Of a stretch of DNA of 64,000 nucleotides, positions 1 to 8,568 are shown in pieces. The stretch covers positions 64,001 through 128,000 of the IMG/VR virus record IMGVR_UViG_3300036770_005084; one strand, written 5' to 3'. The stretch is from a virus. The notes beneath the pieces were generated by a model. That model saw only the letters and a list, made by a program, of their open reading frames with translations, was not told the origin of the DNA and made no database searches. How positions within the stretch are numbered: position 1 is the stretch's first letter; the number at the start of each line of letters is the position of its first letter. The translations under genes and the position numbers were made by a program.

Positions 1-924
1 GTTGACACAGGTTCATACATTTTTAATGCATTGGTTTCAGGTAGTGTATTTGGTGGTGTATCTGGGAATAAGATTACTGCTATTGCTGGAGAGTCTAGCA
101 CTGGAAAAACTTTCTTCAGTCTCGCTGTTGTTAAGAACTTCCTTGATAATAATCCCGATGGGTATTGTCTCTATTTTGATACTGAGGCTGCTGTAACCAA
201 ATCTTTATTGCAAAGTAGGGGTTTGGATATTACAAGAATTGTTGTTGTGAATGTAGTAACAATTGAAGAATTTCGTTCAAAGGCACTTAAGGCAGTAGAT
301 TTATATCTAAAGAAGAAAGAAGCAGAACGTAAACCATGTATGTTTGTTCTTGATTCTCTTGGAATGCTTTCTACTGAGAAAGAAATTGATGATGCTTTAA
401 ATGAAAAGCAAGTTAGGGATATGACTAAATCTCAACTTGTCAAAGGTGCATTCCGGATGCTAACCTTGAAACTGGGGCAGGCAAAAATTCCAATGATTGT
501 CACTAACCATACCTATGATGTTGTTGGTTCTTATATTCCCACTAAAGAAATGAGTGGTGGATCTGGACTTAAATATTCTGCTTCTACAATCATTTATCTC
601 TCTAAGAAAAAAGAGAAGGATGGAACTGAAGTCGTTGGAAATATTATTAAAGCAACCACTCACAAATCTCGTTTAAGTAAAGAAAATAAAACAGTCGAAT
701 TACGTTTGTATTACGATGAACGTGGTCTGGACAAATACTATGGTTTGTTAGAACTAGCAGAAAAGTATGAAATCTTTGTAAAATCTGGTACTAGATATCA
801 AGTTCCGGACGGAACTTCTCAATATGGTAAAACTATTATGGAGAATCCTGAAAAATATTTTACTGAAGACGTAATGCAAGCATTGGATGAAGCAGCACAA
901 AAAGAATTTTCGTATGGAGGATGA
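1..924 (+). CDS. uvsX: RecA-like recombinase UvsX (5'-truncated by window edge)
   Basis: Open frame from position 1 ([15 protein letters not shown]...), Walker [14 protein letters not shown], Walker [17 protein letters not shown]; sits upstream of helicase as in T4-like phages. Confidence 0.95.
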   Translation, partial: VDTGSYIFNALVSGSVFGGVSGNKITAIAGESSTGKTFFSLAVVKNFLDNNPDGYCLYFDTEAAVTKSLLQSRGLDITRIVVVNVVTIEEFRSKALKAVDLYLKKKEAERKPCMFVLDSLGMLSTEKEIDDALNEKQVRDMTKSQLVKGAFRMLTLKLGQAKIPMIVTNHTYDVVGSYIPTKEMSGGSGLKYSASTIIYLSKKKEKDGTEVVGNIIKATTHKSRLSKENKTVELRLYYDERGLDKYYGLLELAEKYEIFVKSGTRYQVPDGTSQYGKTIMENPEKYFTEDVMQALDEAAQKEFSYGG

Positions 925-1550
925 TGGAAAGGGTTGAAACTACAATTCTCAGAAACTTAATCTTCAATGACAACTATTGCAGAAAAGTTTTACCTTTTAT
1001 TAAAAATGAATATTTTGAAGAGATTGATGAACGGGTAATATTTGAAGAGATTTGTAAATTTATTCTTTCCTATGATAATCTTGCTACAAAAGAAGTAATT
1101 TTAATCGAAACTGAAAATAGAACAGATATCACAGAAGATATCTATAAGAAAATCTGTGATTATATTACTTCCTTAGATGATATATCTGTAGATCAGCAAT
1201 GGTTAATTGATACAACAGAAAAGTGGTGTAGAGATCGGGCAATATATCTTGCACTGATGGAAAGCATCAAAATTGCTGATGGGCAAGATGAGAAAAAAAG
1301 TAGAGATTCCATTCCATCAATATTGCAAAATGCACTTGCTGTAAGTTTTGATGACCATATTGGTCATGATTATTTGAATGATTACTTAGAACGATATGAG
1401 ACATACCACAGAAAAGAAGACAAAATTCCGTTTGATTTGGAATATTTTAATAAAGTTACGAAAGGTGGTTTACCTAATAAGACTCTCAATATCGCTCTTG
1501 CTGGTTGTGTTCATCCAGAAACCAAAGTTAAAATTAGGTTTAAAAAATAA
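921..1550 (+). CDS. 41: gp41 replicative helicase, N-terminal fragment (about 195-aa extein) fused to a 14-aa N-intein
   Basis: [12 protein letters not shown]...[28 protein letters not shown] is the gp41 N-half, ending at the first Gly of Walker A; followed by [14 protein letters not shown]-stop. Confidence 0.93.
   Translation: MMERVETTILRNLIFNDNYCRKVLPFIKNEYFEEIDERVIFEEICKFILSYDNLATKEVILIETENRTDITEDIYKKICDYITSLDDISVDQQWLIDTTEKWCRDRAIYLALMESIKIADGQDEKKSRDSIPSILQNALAVSFDDHIGHDYLNDYLERYETYHRKEDKIPFDLEYFNKVTKGGLPNKTLNIALAGCVHPETKVKIRFKK
1506..1547 (+). mobile_element. Split intein N-fragment (IntN, 14 aa: [14 protein letters not shown])
   Basis: Starts with Cys1 (TGT at 1506); C-x-x-P-x-T-x-V fits intein block A; placed exactly at the Walker A break. 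Confidence 0.88.
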
Positions 1551-1576
1551 TAAATAATTTAAATGGAACAATAAAA

Positions 1577-1948
1577 GTGTATTTCAAGGAGTTTTTATTA
1601 GAATCCAAAAAAAGTTCAATATCTCATTTTTTGGCGTTTATAAAAAAAGAATTAAAACTATCTAATTTACCTAAAATTATTATAATAGATGATCCAAAAT
1701 TTTCAATAGTTAATAAAACTTTTGGAACATTTGATATTGATGATAATTGTATTAGAATACAAGTTTCTAAAAGACATAAATTGGATATTTTTAGAACTCT
1801 TGCTCACGAAATAATTCATTATAATCAAAGAAAAAGTGGAAAAGAACTTAATGGTAATGATGGGAGTGTAGATGAAAATGAAGCAAACTCAAGGGCAGCA
1901 GTTATATTGAGAAAATATACAAAAATTATTGATAATCACGGTTATTAA
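1577..1948 (+). CDS. Putative zincin-like metalloprotease (HExxH), inserted between the helicase halves
   Basis: RTLAHEIIHYNQ plus downstream ENEAN motif; N-terminus YFKEFLLE resembles T4-like head-targeted proteins; AATAAATA late-promoter-like site at about 1549-1556. Confidence 0.7.
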   Translation: MYFKEFLLESKKSSISHFLAFIKKELKLSNLPKIIIIDDPKFSIVNKTFGTFDIDDNCIRIQVSKRHKLDIFRTLAHEIIHYNQRKSGKELNGNDGSVDENEANSRAAVILRKYTKIIDNHGY

Positions 1949-2613
1949 TTTATTTTTTTAACTTTAGAATTTGGTGCTGGTTCTCCTGTCCCAAATTTCC
2001 ATCCTTCATTTAGTTTAATATCAATATCTTCTGGAGGTATTCTTTTCCATCCCTTTGTCCCCGGTAAGTGCATTACTTTCTTACCTTTGTGTGCTTTTCC
2101 TCCAAGAGATGCTCTTTCTTGTCTTCCTTGATTGGATGCCCAGTAATTAAACTCTTTGGATGCTCTTTTTTTGCCTCCAAGAGATGCTCTTTCTTTTCTG
2201 CCTTCTTCTGTGCTCCAATAATAAAAATTTTTAACTTTATCGTTTAGATATTCTTGTTTTTGAGTTTCTATTCCTCTAATCATCCACTCTTTTCTTTCTT
2301 CTACTGGTGTTGAAAAGAAACCAAGTTGATTATCTCTACAAAACTCTCCTATTATTTTTCTATGTTGTGGTGATAAATTCGCACCTAACATTTTCATAGA
2401 CCTCAAATCATTTGGATTTTTATAAATCTTCCAAAGTAAATAATGTGCTATGATATGTTCTCTAACATTCAAGTATGTAAGGTTGCAATCATCATCTGTT
2501 CCTCCCATATGTTTAGGAACAATATGATGCTCGTGTAGTCCTGAATATTTCTTATAGTTTTCTCTTCTTGACTTATTACCTTCGCATAAGTTAGAATAGA
2601 TACGATCAAACAT
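1945..2613 (-). CDS. HNH homing endonuclease (free-standing, inside the fractured helicase locus)
   Basis: HEHHIVPKHMGGTDDDCNLTYLNVREHIIAHYLL HNH core; repeated ERASLGGK units; C-terminal GWKFG motif; SD-like AGGGACAGGGA before ATG. Confidence 0.9.
   Translation of the reverse strand: MFDRIYSNLCEGNKSRRENYKKYSGLHEHHIVPKHMGGTDDDCNLTYLNVREHIIAHYLLWKIYKNPNDLRSMKMLGANLSPQHRKIIGEFCRDNQLGFFSTPVEERKEWMIRGIETQKQEYLNDKVKNFYYWSTEEGRKERASLGGKKRASKEFNYWASNQGRQERASLGGKAHKGKKVMHLPGTKGWKRIPPEDIDIKLNEGWKFGTGEPAPNSKVKKIN
2568..2597 (+). promoter_or_regulatory. Candidate sigma70-type promoter for the IntC-helicase half (antisense within HNH gene)
   Basis: TTGACT (2568-2573) - 18 nt - TAGAAT (2592-2597). Confidence 0.45.
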
Positions 2614-2641
2614 TCCCTGTCCCTGCTACTGCTAATACTAT

Positions 2642-2649
2642 TATTTATA
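2642..2649 (-). promoter_or_regulatory. T4-type late promoter TATAAATA for the HNH gene
   Basis: Exact TATAAATA on minus strand, about 30 nt upstream of HNH ATG. Confidence 0.75.
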
Positions 2650-2653
2650 CAAA

Positions 2654-3028
2654 ATGTGGATTGAAAAAGAAACATCAATTACTGAAATCAAAACATTACT
2701 TGATAATGGATATGAGGTAGAAGTTGATTCGCCTGATGGATATGTTCCAGTCAATTTCTTTATTAACAAAGGAATGTATGATGAATATGTTTTAAAGGTT
2801 GATGGTGAAGAACCCATTAGGTGTAATGCCGATCATTTATTTGAAACATCTTTTGGGTGGATGAAAGCATCGCATCTTTGTGGAAAATATCAAACAAATC
2901 ATTTTCTAACGAAGAATGGTTATAAACTTGGTAGTGTTTTTAAAACGGGAAATCAAATACCTATTGTTGATATTAATGTAAATCATCCAAATCATAGGTA
3001 TTATACTAATCAAGTTTCTTCTCATAAT
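2654..3028 (+). mobile_element. Split intein C-fragment (IntC, 125 aa), Thr+1 nucleophile
   Basis: Block B CNADHLF, block F IVDINV, block G YYTNQVSSHN ending His-Asn (3023-3028), then Thr; no embedded endonuclease. Confidence 0.92.
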
Positions 3029-3829
3029 ACTGGTGTCGGGAAATCTTTATTCATGTGCCACATGGCTAGCTCCGTCCTCTTGCAGGGGAGGAACGTTCTC
3101 TACATTACACTTGAAATGGCAGAGGATAGGATTGCTGAAAGAATTGATGCAAACCTACTAAATGTAAATATTAAAGATATCCCAGATCTGAGTAAAAATA
3201 TATTTGAGAAAAAGATTAATAATCTAATTAGTAAGACAAGTGGGAAGTTAGTCATTAAGGAATATCCAACTGGATCTGCTCATACTGGTCACTTTAAAGC
3301 ACTTTTGAATGAACTATCACTAAAGAAATCCTTTAGACCAGATATTATCTTTATTGACTATCTAAATATTTGTTCTTCTTCTAGATATAAAAGCAACTTC
3401 TCTGTAAATTCATATAGTTATATTAAAGCAATTGCAGAAGAATTGCGTGGTCTGGCAGTAGAATTTAATGTTCCTATTGTATCGGCAACGCAAACAACAC
3501 GAAGTGGATATGGTAATTCTGATGTTGAACTAACGGACACTAGTGAATCTTTCGGTCTTCCAGCAACTGCAGATCTAATGTTTGCTCTCATTAGTACTGA
3601 AGAGTTGGAAAATCTTGGACAGATTATGGTAAAACAATTAAAGAATCGTTACAATGATCCAACCGTCAATAAAAGGTTTGTGATTGGTATTGACCGTGCA
3701 AAAATGCGGTTGTATGATTGTGAACAATCTGCTCAGCAAGATATACTTGACTCTGGACAAGATGAAGAGTATGATACTGAAGAGCATTCTAATTCAAAAA
3801 GAAAATTCGCAGGGTTTAATTTTTCATGA
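2654..3829 (+). CDS. 41: gp41 helicase C-terminal fragment preceded by 125-aa C-intein
   Basis: After ...SSHN the sequence resumes TGVGKSLFMCH (rest of Walker A), YITLEM, IFIDYLNI, SATQTTR, SESFGLPATAD, QLKNRY: DnaB/gp41 motifs. Confidence 0.95.
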   Translation: MWIEKETSITEIKTLLDNGYEVEVDSPDGYVPVNFFINKGMYDEYVLKVDGEEPIRCNADHLFETSFGWMKASHLCGKYQTNHFLTKNGYKLGSVFKTGNQIPIVDINVNHPNHRYYTNQVSSHNTGVGKSLFMCHMASSVLLQGRNVLYITLEMAEDRIAERIDANLLNVNIKDIPDLSKNIFEKKINNLISKTSGKLVIKEYPTGSAHTGHFKALLNELSLKKSFRPDIIFIDYLNICSSSRYKSNFSVNSYSYIKAIAEELRGLAVEFNVPIVSATQTTRSGYGNSDVELTDTSESFGLPATADLMFALISTEELENLGQIMVKQLKNRYNDPTVNKRFVIGIDRAKMRLYDCEQSAQQDILDSGQDEEYDTEEHSNSKRKFAGFNFS

Positions 3830-4236
3830 CACAAAAGATTGATTTTAATAAGTATCAAAATTTCGTTGATGCTGTAACTTCAGAAGCATCAAAAGATTTT
3901 GTAGCACTATCTGATCGTATGGTAGAACTTGATAGTAAAGGTGCTAATATCGAACGTCTTCTTACTGCTTCTGTTGGCATTAATGCTGAGGGTGGAGAAT
4001 TTATGGAGATCGTTAAAAAAATGGTATTTCAGGGGAAATCTTGGAATCAAGAAACACGAACTCATTTAATCAAAGAGTTGGGTGATACCATGTGGTATAT
4101 TGCTCAAGCATGTATTGCTCTTGAAGTATCATTTGATGAAGTACTACAAACCAATATCGATAAACTACTAAAACGATATCCTGAAGGATTTTTTGATGTT
4201 TACTATTCGGAAAATCGAGAGGAAGGAGATATTTGA
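3826..4236 (+). CDS. mazG: MazG-like nucleotide pyrophosphohydrolase
   Basis: GINAEGGEFMEIVKK, KELGDTMWY, NIDKLLKRYP; follows gp41 as is usual in cyanomyoviruses. Confidence 0.92.
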   Translation: MTQKIDFNKYQNFVDAVTSEASKDFVALSDRMVELDSKGANIERLLTASVGINAEGGEFMEIVKKMVFQGKSWNQETRTHLIKELGDTMWYIAQACIALEVSFDEVLQTNIDKLLKRYPEGFFDVYYSENREEGDI

Positions 4237-4241
4237 TACGG

Positions 4242-4274
4242 ACCCGTTTCTAAATACAAGAAACGGGTTTTTTT
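4242..4274 (+). terminator. Intrinsic terminator with late-promoter motif (CTAAATA) in its loop
   Basis: ACCCGTTTCT-aaataca-AGAAACGGGT followed by T run. Confidence 0.75.
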
Positions 4275-5087
4275 ATGGCATCACCTGAACAGTCTGGAAA
4301 AGAGTATGAGTTGTTATTAATTAATATTTTGACAAATATATTCGGAAAAGAAAATGTATCTCAAACTGCTGCTGGAAGCAGTTTATATCCAGATGTATTT
4401 TTTAGGGATCAATTTAGAAGTATGGTTAGAGTTGAAGCTAAGACAAATATAGGTGCTGATTTTGGACAAAAAGGAATTACTTTAGATAGAGATACTAGAA
4501 AATGGACTCCAATTGCGAGAGAATTTGCAGCAAGAAATAAATTTACAGGAAGATTGGATAACTTATATTCAACACTATTCGAAGATCTAGATATACATCA
4601 AAAAATTGTTGATGCTTGGAATCTGCCAAATAAAGATAACAAGGGAATGGATGTAAACACATTACTTTATTTGATTGAGACCAAACAACTAAATAAGTCT
4701 TTAAATTTTGAACGTCAATTGGTAAGAATTGAAAGAGGGTTTGATCCATATAAAGAAACTACTCTTGTTCGAAACGTAACAAATAGTATTATTAAATATT
4801 ATAATTCATTAAACACTTATTATATTCAGATAAAAGATCGTGGATTTTATTATATGGGGCAGGATAAAAATGATTTAAATAAAAAATTGAGAGATAGAAA
4901 TATTGATTTTATAATTCCTTCATTTTCACCAGGGGAATCTAAATTAAACTTGAGAGGAAAAACTAGTGAGACTGGTCAATATTTTAGACCAACATTGAGA
5001 TTTAAAATATCTGGATTGCAAAAATCTCCAGTATCCTTGGAAGATACTGCATTTGTTCAGGCACTTTATCAAATTTTGTGGTCATGA
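4275..5087 (+). CDS. Putative PD-(D/E)XK nuclease
   Basis: N-terminal GKEYE helix, YPDVFF...VRVEAKT catalytic-type motif, YYIQIKDRGFY. Confidence 0.55.
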   Translation: MASPEQSGKEYELLLINILTNIFGKENVSQTAAGSSLYPDVFFRDQFRSMVRVEAKTNIGADFGQKGITLDRDTRKWTPIAREFAARNKFTGRLDNLYSTLFEDLDIHQKIVDAWNLPNKDNKGMDVNTLLYLIETKQLNKSLNFERQLVRIERGFDPYKETTLVRNVTNSIIKYYNSLNTYYIQIKDRGFYYMGQDKNDLNKKLRDRNIDFIIPSFSPGESKLNLRGKTSETGQYFRPTLRFKISGLQKSPVSLEDTAFVQALYQILWS

Positions 5088-5308
5088 AAGAATTATTTTT
5101 GGAACTTATATCAATATATAAAACTAAAGTGCGAGTCAAACAACTTAAACGAAAGACCATAGAAAATTTTTCTAGATTTTTTATATCTTTTATTGACTCA
5201 AATAAAAATCCAAAAGATAAGAAAGATAAATACTTACAATTGAAAAAATCAGGTCTCAACTACATTCTTGATAATCAAGATTTTATATATTCTCAAATTA
5301 GTAAATGA
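5078..5308 (+). CDS. Hypothetical protein
   Basis: 76-aa ORF coupled to both neighbours. Confidence 0.6.
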   Translation: MVMKELFLELISIYKTKVRVKQLKRKTIENFSRFFISFIDSNKNPKDKKDKYLQLKKSGLNYILDNQDFIYSQISK

Positions 5309-6540
5309 AAAAGTTCTTAGATTTCATTACCGAAGCAGTAGAAACCACTGCATCCGCTCAGGCAAAACGGATGGGTTTGGTTGGAAATGGACATGGAGAT
5401 TGGTATGACTCAAAGGGAAAACTTGTAGCAAAAACAGTCAATAAACAATTAAAAGTATTCAGTGGTAAACCATCCTCCAAAAAAGAAAAGGACGAGACTG
5501 AGAGACCAGAACCTGCAAAAATTTCTGGAAAAGCAAAGAGTGCATATAGTGGTGGAAGAAAAAGACTAGGAAAACCCCCAACAACATCATCAGCATCCTC
5601 TGGATCTGGTAGATCTGCTAGTTCTTCTGCTTCTATGGCAGGTCAACAACAATCTCAAATCAGAACAGATGTTGTTACAGTTTCTTTTGGGAAGTTTAAT
5701 CCCCCGACAAAGGGACATCAAAAATTATTGAAAGTGATGGAACAATCTTCCACTGGAGGAAATTTCTATATCTTCCCGAGTAGAACACAAGATAATAAGA
5801 GAAATCCTTTAGATCCGGAAACAAAAATTGCTTATATGCAAGAAATGTTTCCTGAGTATGCTGATAGAATAATTGATAGTGATGAATTTAAGACAATATT
5901 TGATGCACTAGCATTCTTAAATCGGGAAGGTTATACTACAGTTAATATAGTTGTTGGTGATGAAAGAGTTTCTGAAGTTGATAGTTTAACTGCAAAGGCA
6001 AATGGAAATCTATATCAATATCAATCTATAAATGTAGTATCTGCTGGACCTAAAGATCCGGATTCAGAATCAGAATCTTCTATTGCCAGAAAATCTGCAG
6101 CAGATGGTGATTATCAAACATTTTTAAAATCAATGCCATCTGGGGTAGACGAATCTGTAATTAAACAATTGTTTATGGATCTTAGATCTACCATGGGAAT
6201 TGAAGAAGGATATAATCTATGGGAGATATGTCCAGAATTAGATTGGTCTGGATTGAGGGAAATGTATATCACAAAGAAAATTTTTAAAGTTGGTAATATT
6301 GTAGAAAATTGTAATACTGGATTACGTGGAGAAATTATTAGATCTGGAGCAAATCATTTGATATGTTTAACTGATGATGGAATGATGTTTAAGTCTTGGA
6401 TAAAAGACGTTTGTGAGGTTCATGAGATTGGAACTGATGAGTATAGAGAATATGTGCAAAAATTAACTCCATATCAAAAAGTTGAAAAATATTCAAAACC
6501 ACAATCTAAACTAAATAAAAAAAGAACTAGAATTAATTAA
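5305..6540 (+). CDS. Cytidyltransferase-like (HxGH nucleotidyltransferase fold) protein
   Basis: SFGKFNPPTKGHQKL, NPL..ETK, IVVGDERV; N-terminal MKKFLDFITEA. Confidence 0.8.
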   Translation: MKKFLDFITEAVETTASAQAKRMGLVGNGHGDWYDSKGKLVAKTVNKQLKVFSGKPSSKKEKDETERPEPAKISGKAKSAYSGGRKRLGKPPTTSSASSGSGRSASSSASMAGQQQSQIRTDVVTVSFGKFNPPTKGHQKLLKVMEQSSTGGNFYIFPSRTQDNKRNPLDPETKIAYMQEMFPEYADRIIDSDEFKTIFDALAFLNREGYTTVNIVVGDERVSEVDSLTAKANGNLYQYQSINVVSAGPKDPDSESESSIARKSAADGDYQTFLKSMPSGVDESVIKQLFMDLRSTMGIEEGYNLWEICPELDWSGLREMYITKKIFKVGNIVENCNTGLRGEIIRSGANHLICLTDDGMMFKSWIKDVCEVHEIGTDEYREYVQKLTPYQKVEKYSKPQSKLNKKRTRIN

Positions 6541-7473
6541 ATGGAAAACATCTGGTCAGAATCTTATAAAAGTCTTAGAGAACCATTTTTTGAAATTGAA
6601 GATCCATACACCAATTTAACTGAGGAAAAATGCAATAAGTGTGGAAAGTCATCATGTGAATGTGAAGATAATAAGTATGGTGAAAAGGAAGAGAAAAAGT
6701 ATAAAAAAAGTGGTAAGAAATCAAAGGACTATGATGGTGATGGTGAAGTAGAAGATGAATCTGATGAATATGCTGGTGTAAAGGATCGTGCCATTAAAAA
6801 GGCAATGAAAGAAGGATATAGTGCATCAAAAAAGATAAAATCTAACGAAAAGATTGATGTAAAATCTGGAATTCAAAATAAAATTAATACCTCTCCAACT
6901 ATTCCAGAAGAATTTTGTGCTTGGGTAGATTCTCTTCTAGAGGAAGGTTACGATCTATCTGATTATACTTGGGATGAAATGTACGACATCTATGAAGCAG
7001 AAGGTTCATATGGTGCTACACCAAAGGCATATAGTGCAGCATCAACAACAAAGATGACTGCAAAGAGAAAACCTTTTCTCAAGAAAATGCTAAGCAGAAC
7101 TAATCCTGCTAACAGAACTTCTACTTATGATTCTCCAAGAAAGGGAATGAGTGATGAAGATAGAGAAAGAGCAAGAGCAGGTTCTAAGCATGGTGTAGGT
7201 ACTAGTCAAGAACACGATTATCCTTCAGAGGGTCCTGGTGGTGTAACCAAGAGTGCCAAGAAACTCCGTAAGCAAAAAGCAATGGGTGAGTTTGGTGAGG
7301 AATATGAGATTGATGAAATGGTGGATTCTAATGCAAGTAAATCATCTTTAGCACAAAAGAAAATTAGAAAAGAAAAGGCAGATCTTGAACTTGCAAAAGA
7401 AATGCAAAAGAGTCCTAATTTAAATAACGAATCTGTAATAAATTATCTTAACTCTCGATATCATCAAATTTGA
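6541..7473 (+). CDS. Hypothetical protein, probable internal head protein (alternating acidic and basic modules)
   Basis: DYDGDGEVEDE, LLEEGYDLSDYTWDEMY modules; CTAAATA upstream at about 6511. Confidence 0.6.
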   Translation: MENIWSESYKSLREPFFEIEDPYTNLTEEKCNKCGKSSCECEDNKYGEKEEKKYKKSGKKSKDYDGDGEVEDESDEYAGVKDRAIKKAMKEGYSASKKIKSNEKIDVKSGIQNKINTSPTIPEEFCAWVDSLLEEGYDLSDYTWDEMYDIYEAEGSYGATPKAYSAASTTKMTAKRKPFLKKMLSRTNPANRTSTYDSPRKGMSDEDRERARAGSKHGVGTSQEHDYPSEGPGGVTKSAKKLRKQKAMGEFGEEYEIDEMVDSNASKSSLAQKKIRKEKADLELAKEMQKSPNLNNESVINYLNSRYHQI

Positions 7474-7505
7474 TAAATATTTAATGTAGTATGTAATTTA
7501 AAATC

Positions 7506-7670
7506 ATGGCATCTATAGTGGAACTTTTCAGACCAATTCTAATTGCGTTTTTAAGTTCATCTCACACAAAAAAACTGGTTTGCGATTTGCTCGATCACTA
7601 TGTCGCAACTACAGATAATGATGTTGATAATGTATTAGCAACAGCAGTTAGACACGCACTATTAAAGTAA
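7506..7670 (+). CDS. Small hypothetical protein (54 aa, MASIVELFRPILIAFLSS...)
   Basis: Translated by hand; follows GATAAATA late motif and precedes a terminator. Confidence 0.65.
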   Translation: MASIVELFRPILIAFLSSSHTKKLVCDLLDHYVATTDNDVDNVLATAVRHALLK

Positions 7671-7690
7671 ATAAAACATAAAAATATATT

Positions 7691-7724
7691 GGGGGAATCT
7701 GCGGATTCCCCCTTTTTATAAATA
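7691..7724 (+). terminator. Intrinsic terminator immediately followed by TATAAATA late promoter
   Basis: GGGGGAATC-tgcg-GATTCCCCC-TTTTT then ATAAATA. Confidence 0.8.
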
Positions 7725-7752
7725 ATTCAAAGGAAACTAGCAGGTAAAACAA

Positions 7753-8562
7753 ATGGCTCTTTGGGGAAAATCAGATAGCATCTACTCAATTGGTACTATT
7801 GATTCAATTGATTATAGCAATAAAGTTATAGTAGGATCTGGAACATCTTTTACTGCTGCAGAAGTTGGTGATGTAATTACAATTGGTGTTGGAGCAACAT
7901 ACGGGGAAGCAATCATCACTGGAATTACTTCAAATACTCAAATCTCTATTGCATCTACAGCATTTTTAATTGGGCAAATTCCATCTGGTGGTGGTGCTGG
8001 TGTTGCTTATACCATGTCAGAAAAACCAATATATACTTTGCATGATACTAACTACACTGCAACCGAGATTTATGGTGTAGATATTAACGAAACAGGTGTA
8101 GCAAAAACAACTAAGTACGCAGTAGCACATGCCGGATGGGTTGGTGTTCATACCTATATTGATATGCATGGAACACTAAGAGTTAAGTCTGAAACTCTTG
8201 TTGCAATGTCTGAAATTACTAGTGGTACTTCAGCAACTTATGCTGCTGGTGGAGATGCTAATGATGATACAAGATACCCAGATGCTATCATCTCAATCCT
8301 TTCTGGACCACAATCAGTTGGTGTTGGAACAACAGCAACTGCTACATTTAGTGTAAGTGCTTCAATTACTCCAACATATGCTCCTCTGACCTATCAGTGG
8401 TATGAAGATGATGGAGTATCACCAGTTACTATTGGAACAAATAGTGCTAATGTAAGTGTTGCAAACACTGATGCAAGCAAAGATGGTTATGAGTACTATG
8501 TTGTATTAACATCTGGTGATGTATCAGTAACCTCTGGAATTGCAACCATGACAGTAAGTTGA
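7753..8562 (+). CDS. Virion structural protein with C-terminal Ig-like domain
   Basis: MALWG start, HAGWV motif, C-terminal ATFSVSA...LTYQWY...DGYEYYVVLT Ig-like pattern; late promoter upstream. Confidence 0.7.
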   Translation: MALWGKSDSIYSIGTIDSIDYSNKVIVGSGTSFTAAEVGDVITIGVGATYGEAIITGITSNTQISIASTAFLIGQIPSGGGAGVAYTMSEKPIYTLHDTNYTATEIYGVDINETGVAKTTKYAVAHAGWVGVHTYIDMHGTLRVKSETLVAMSEITSGTSATYAAGGDANDDTRYPDAIISILSGPQSVGVGTTATATFSVSASITPTYAPLTYQWYEDDGVSPVTIGTNSANVSVANTDASKDGYEYYVVLTSGDVSVTSGIATMTVS

Positions 8563-8568
8563 TGATAT

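Noticed and set aside
1945-1985. HNH C-terminus APNSKVKKIN resembles Int[11 protein letters not shown]
   Set aside because: Short, Lys-rich and AT-rich; cannot be distinguished from chance.
1551-2653. Group I intron or translational bypass rejoining the helicase
   Set aside because: No recognisable P/Q/R/S core. The gap is almost fully occupied by two ORFs with own promoters, and both flanks carry complementary intein motifs that suffice to explain rejoining.
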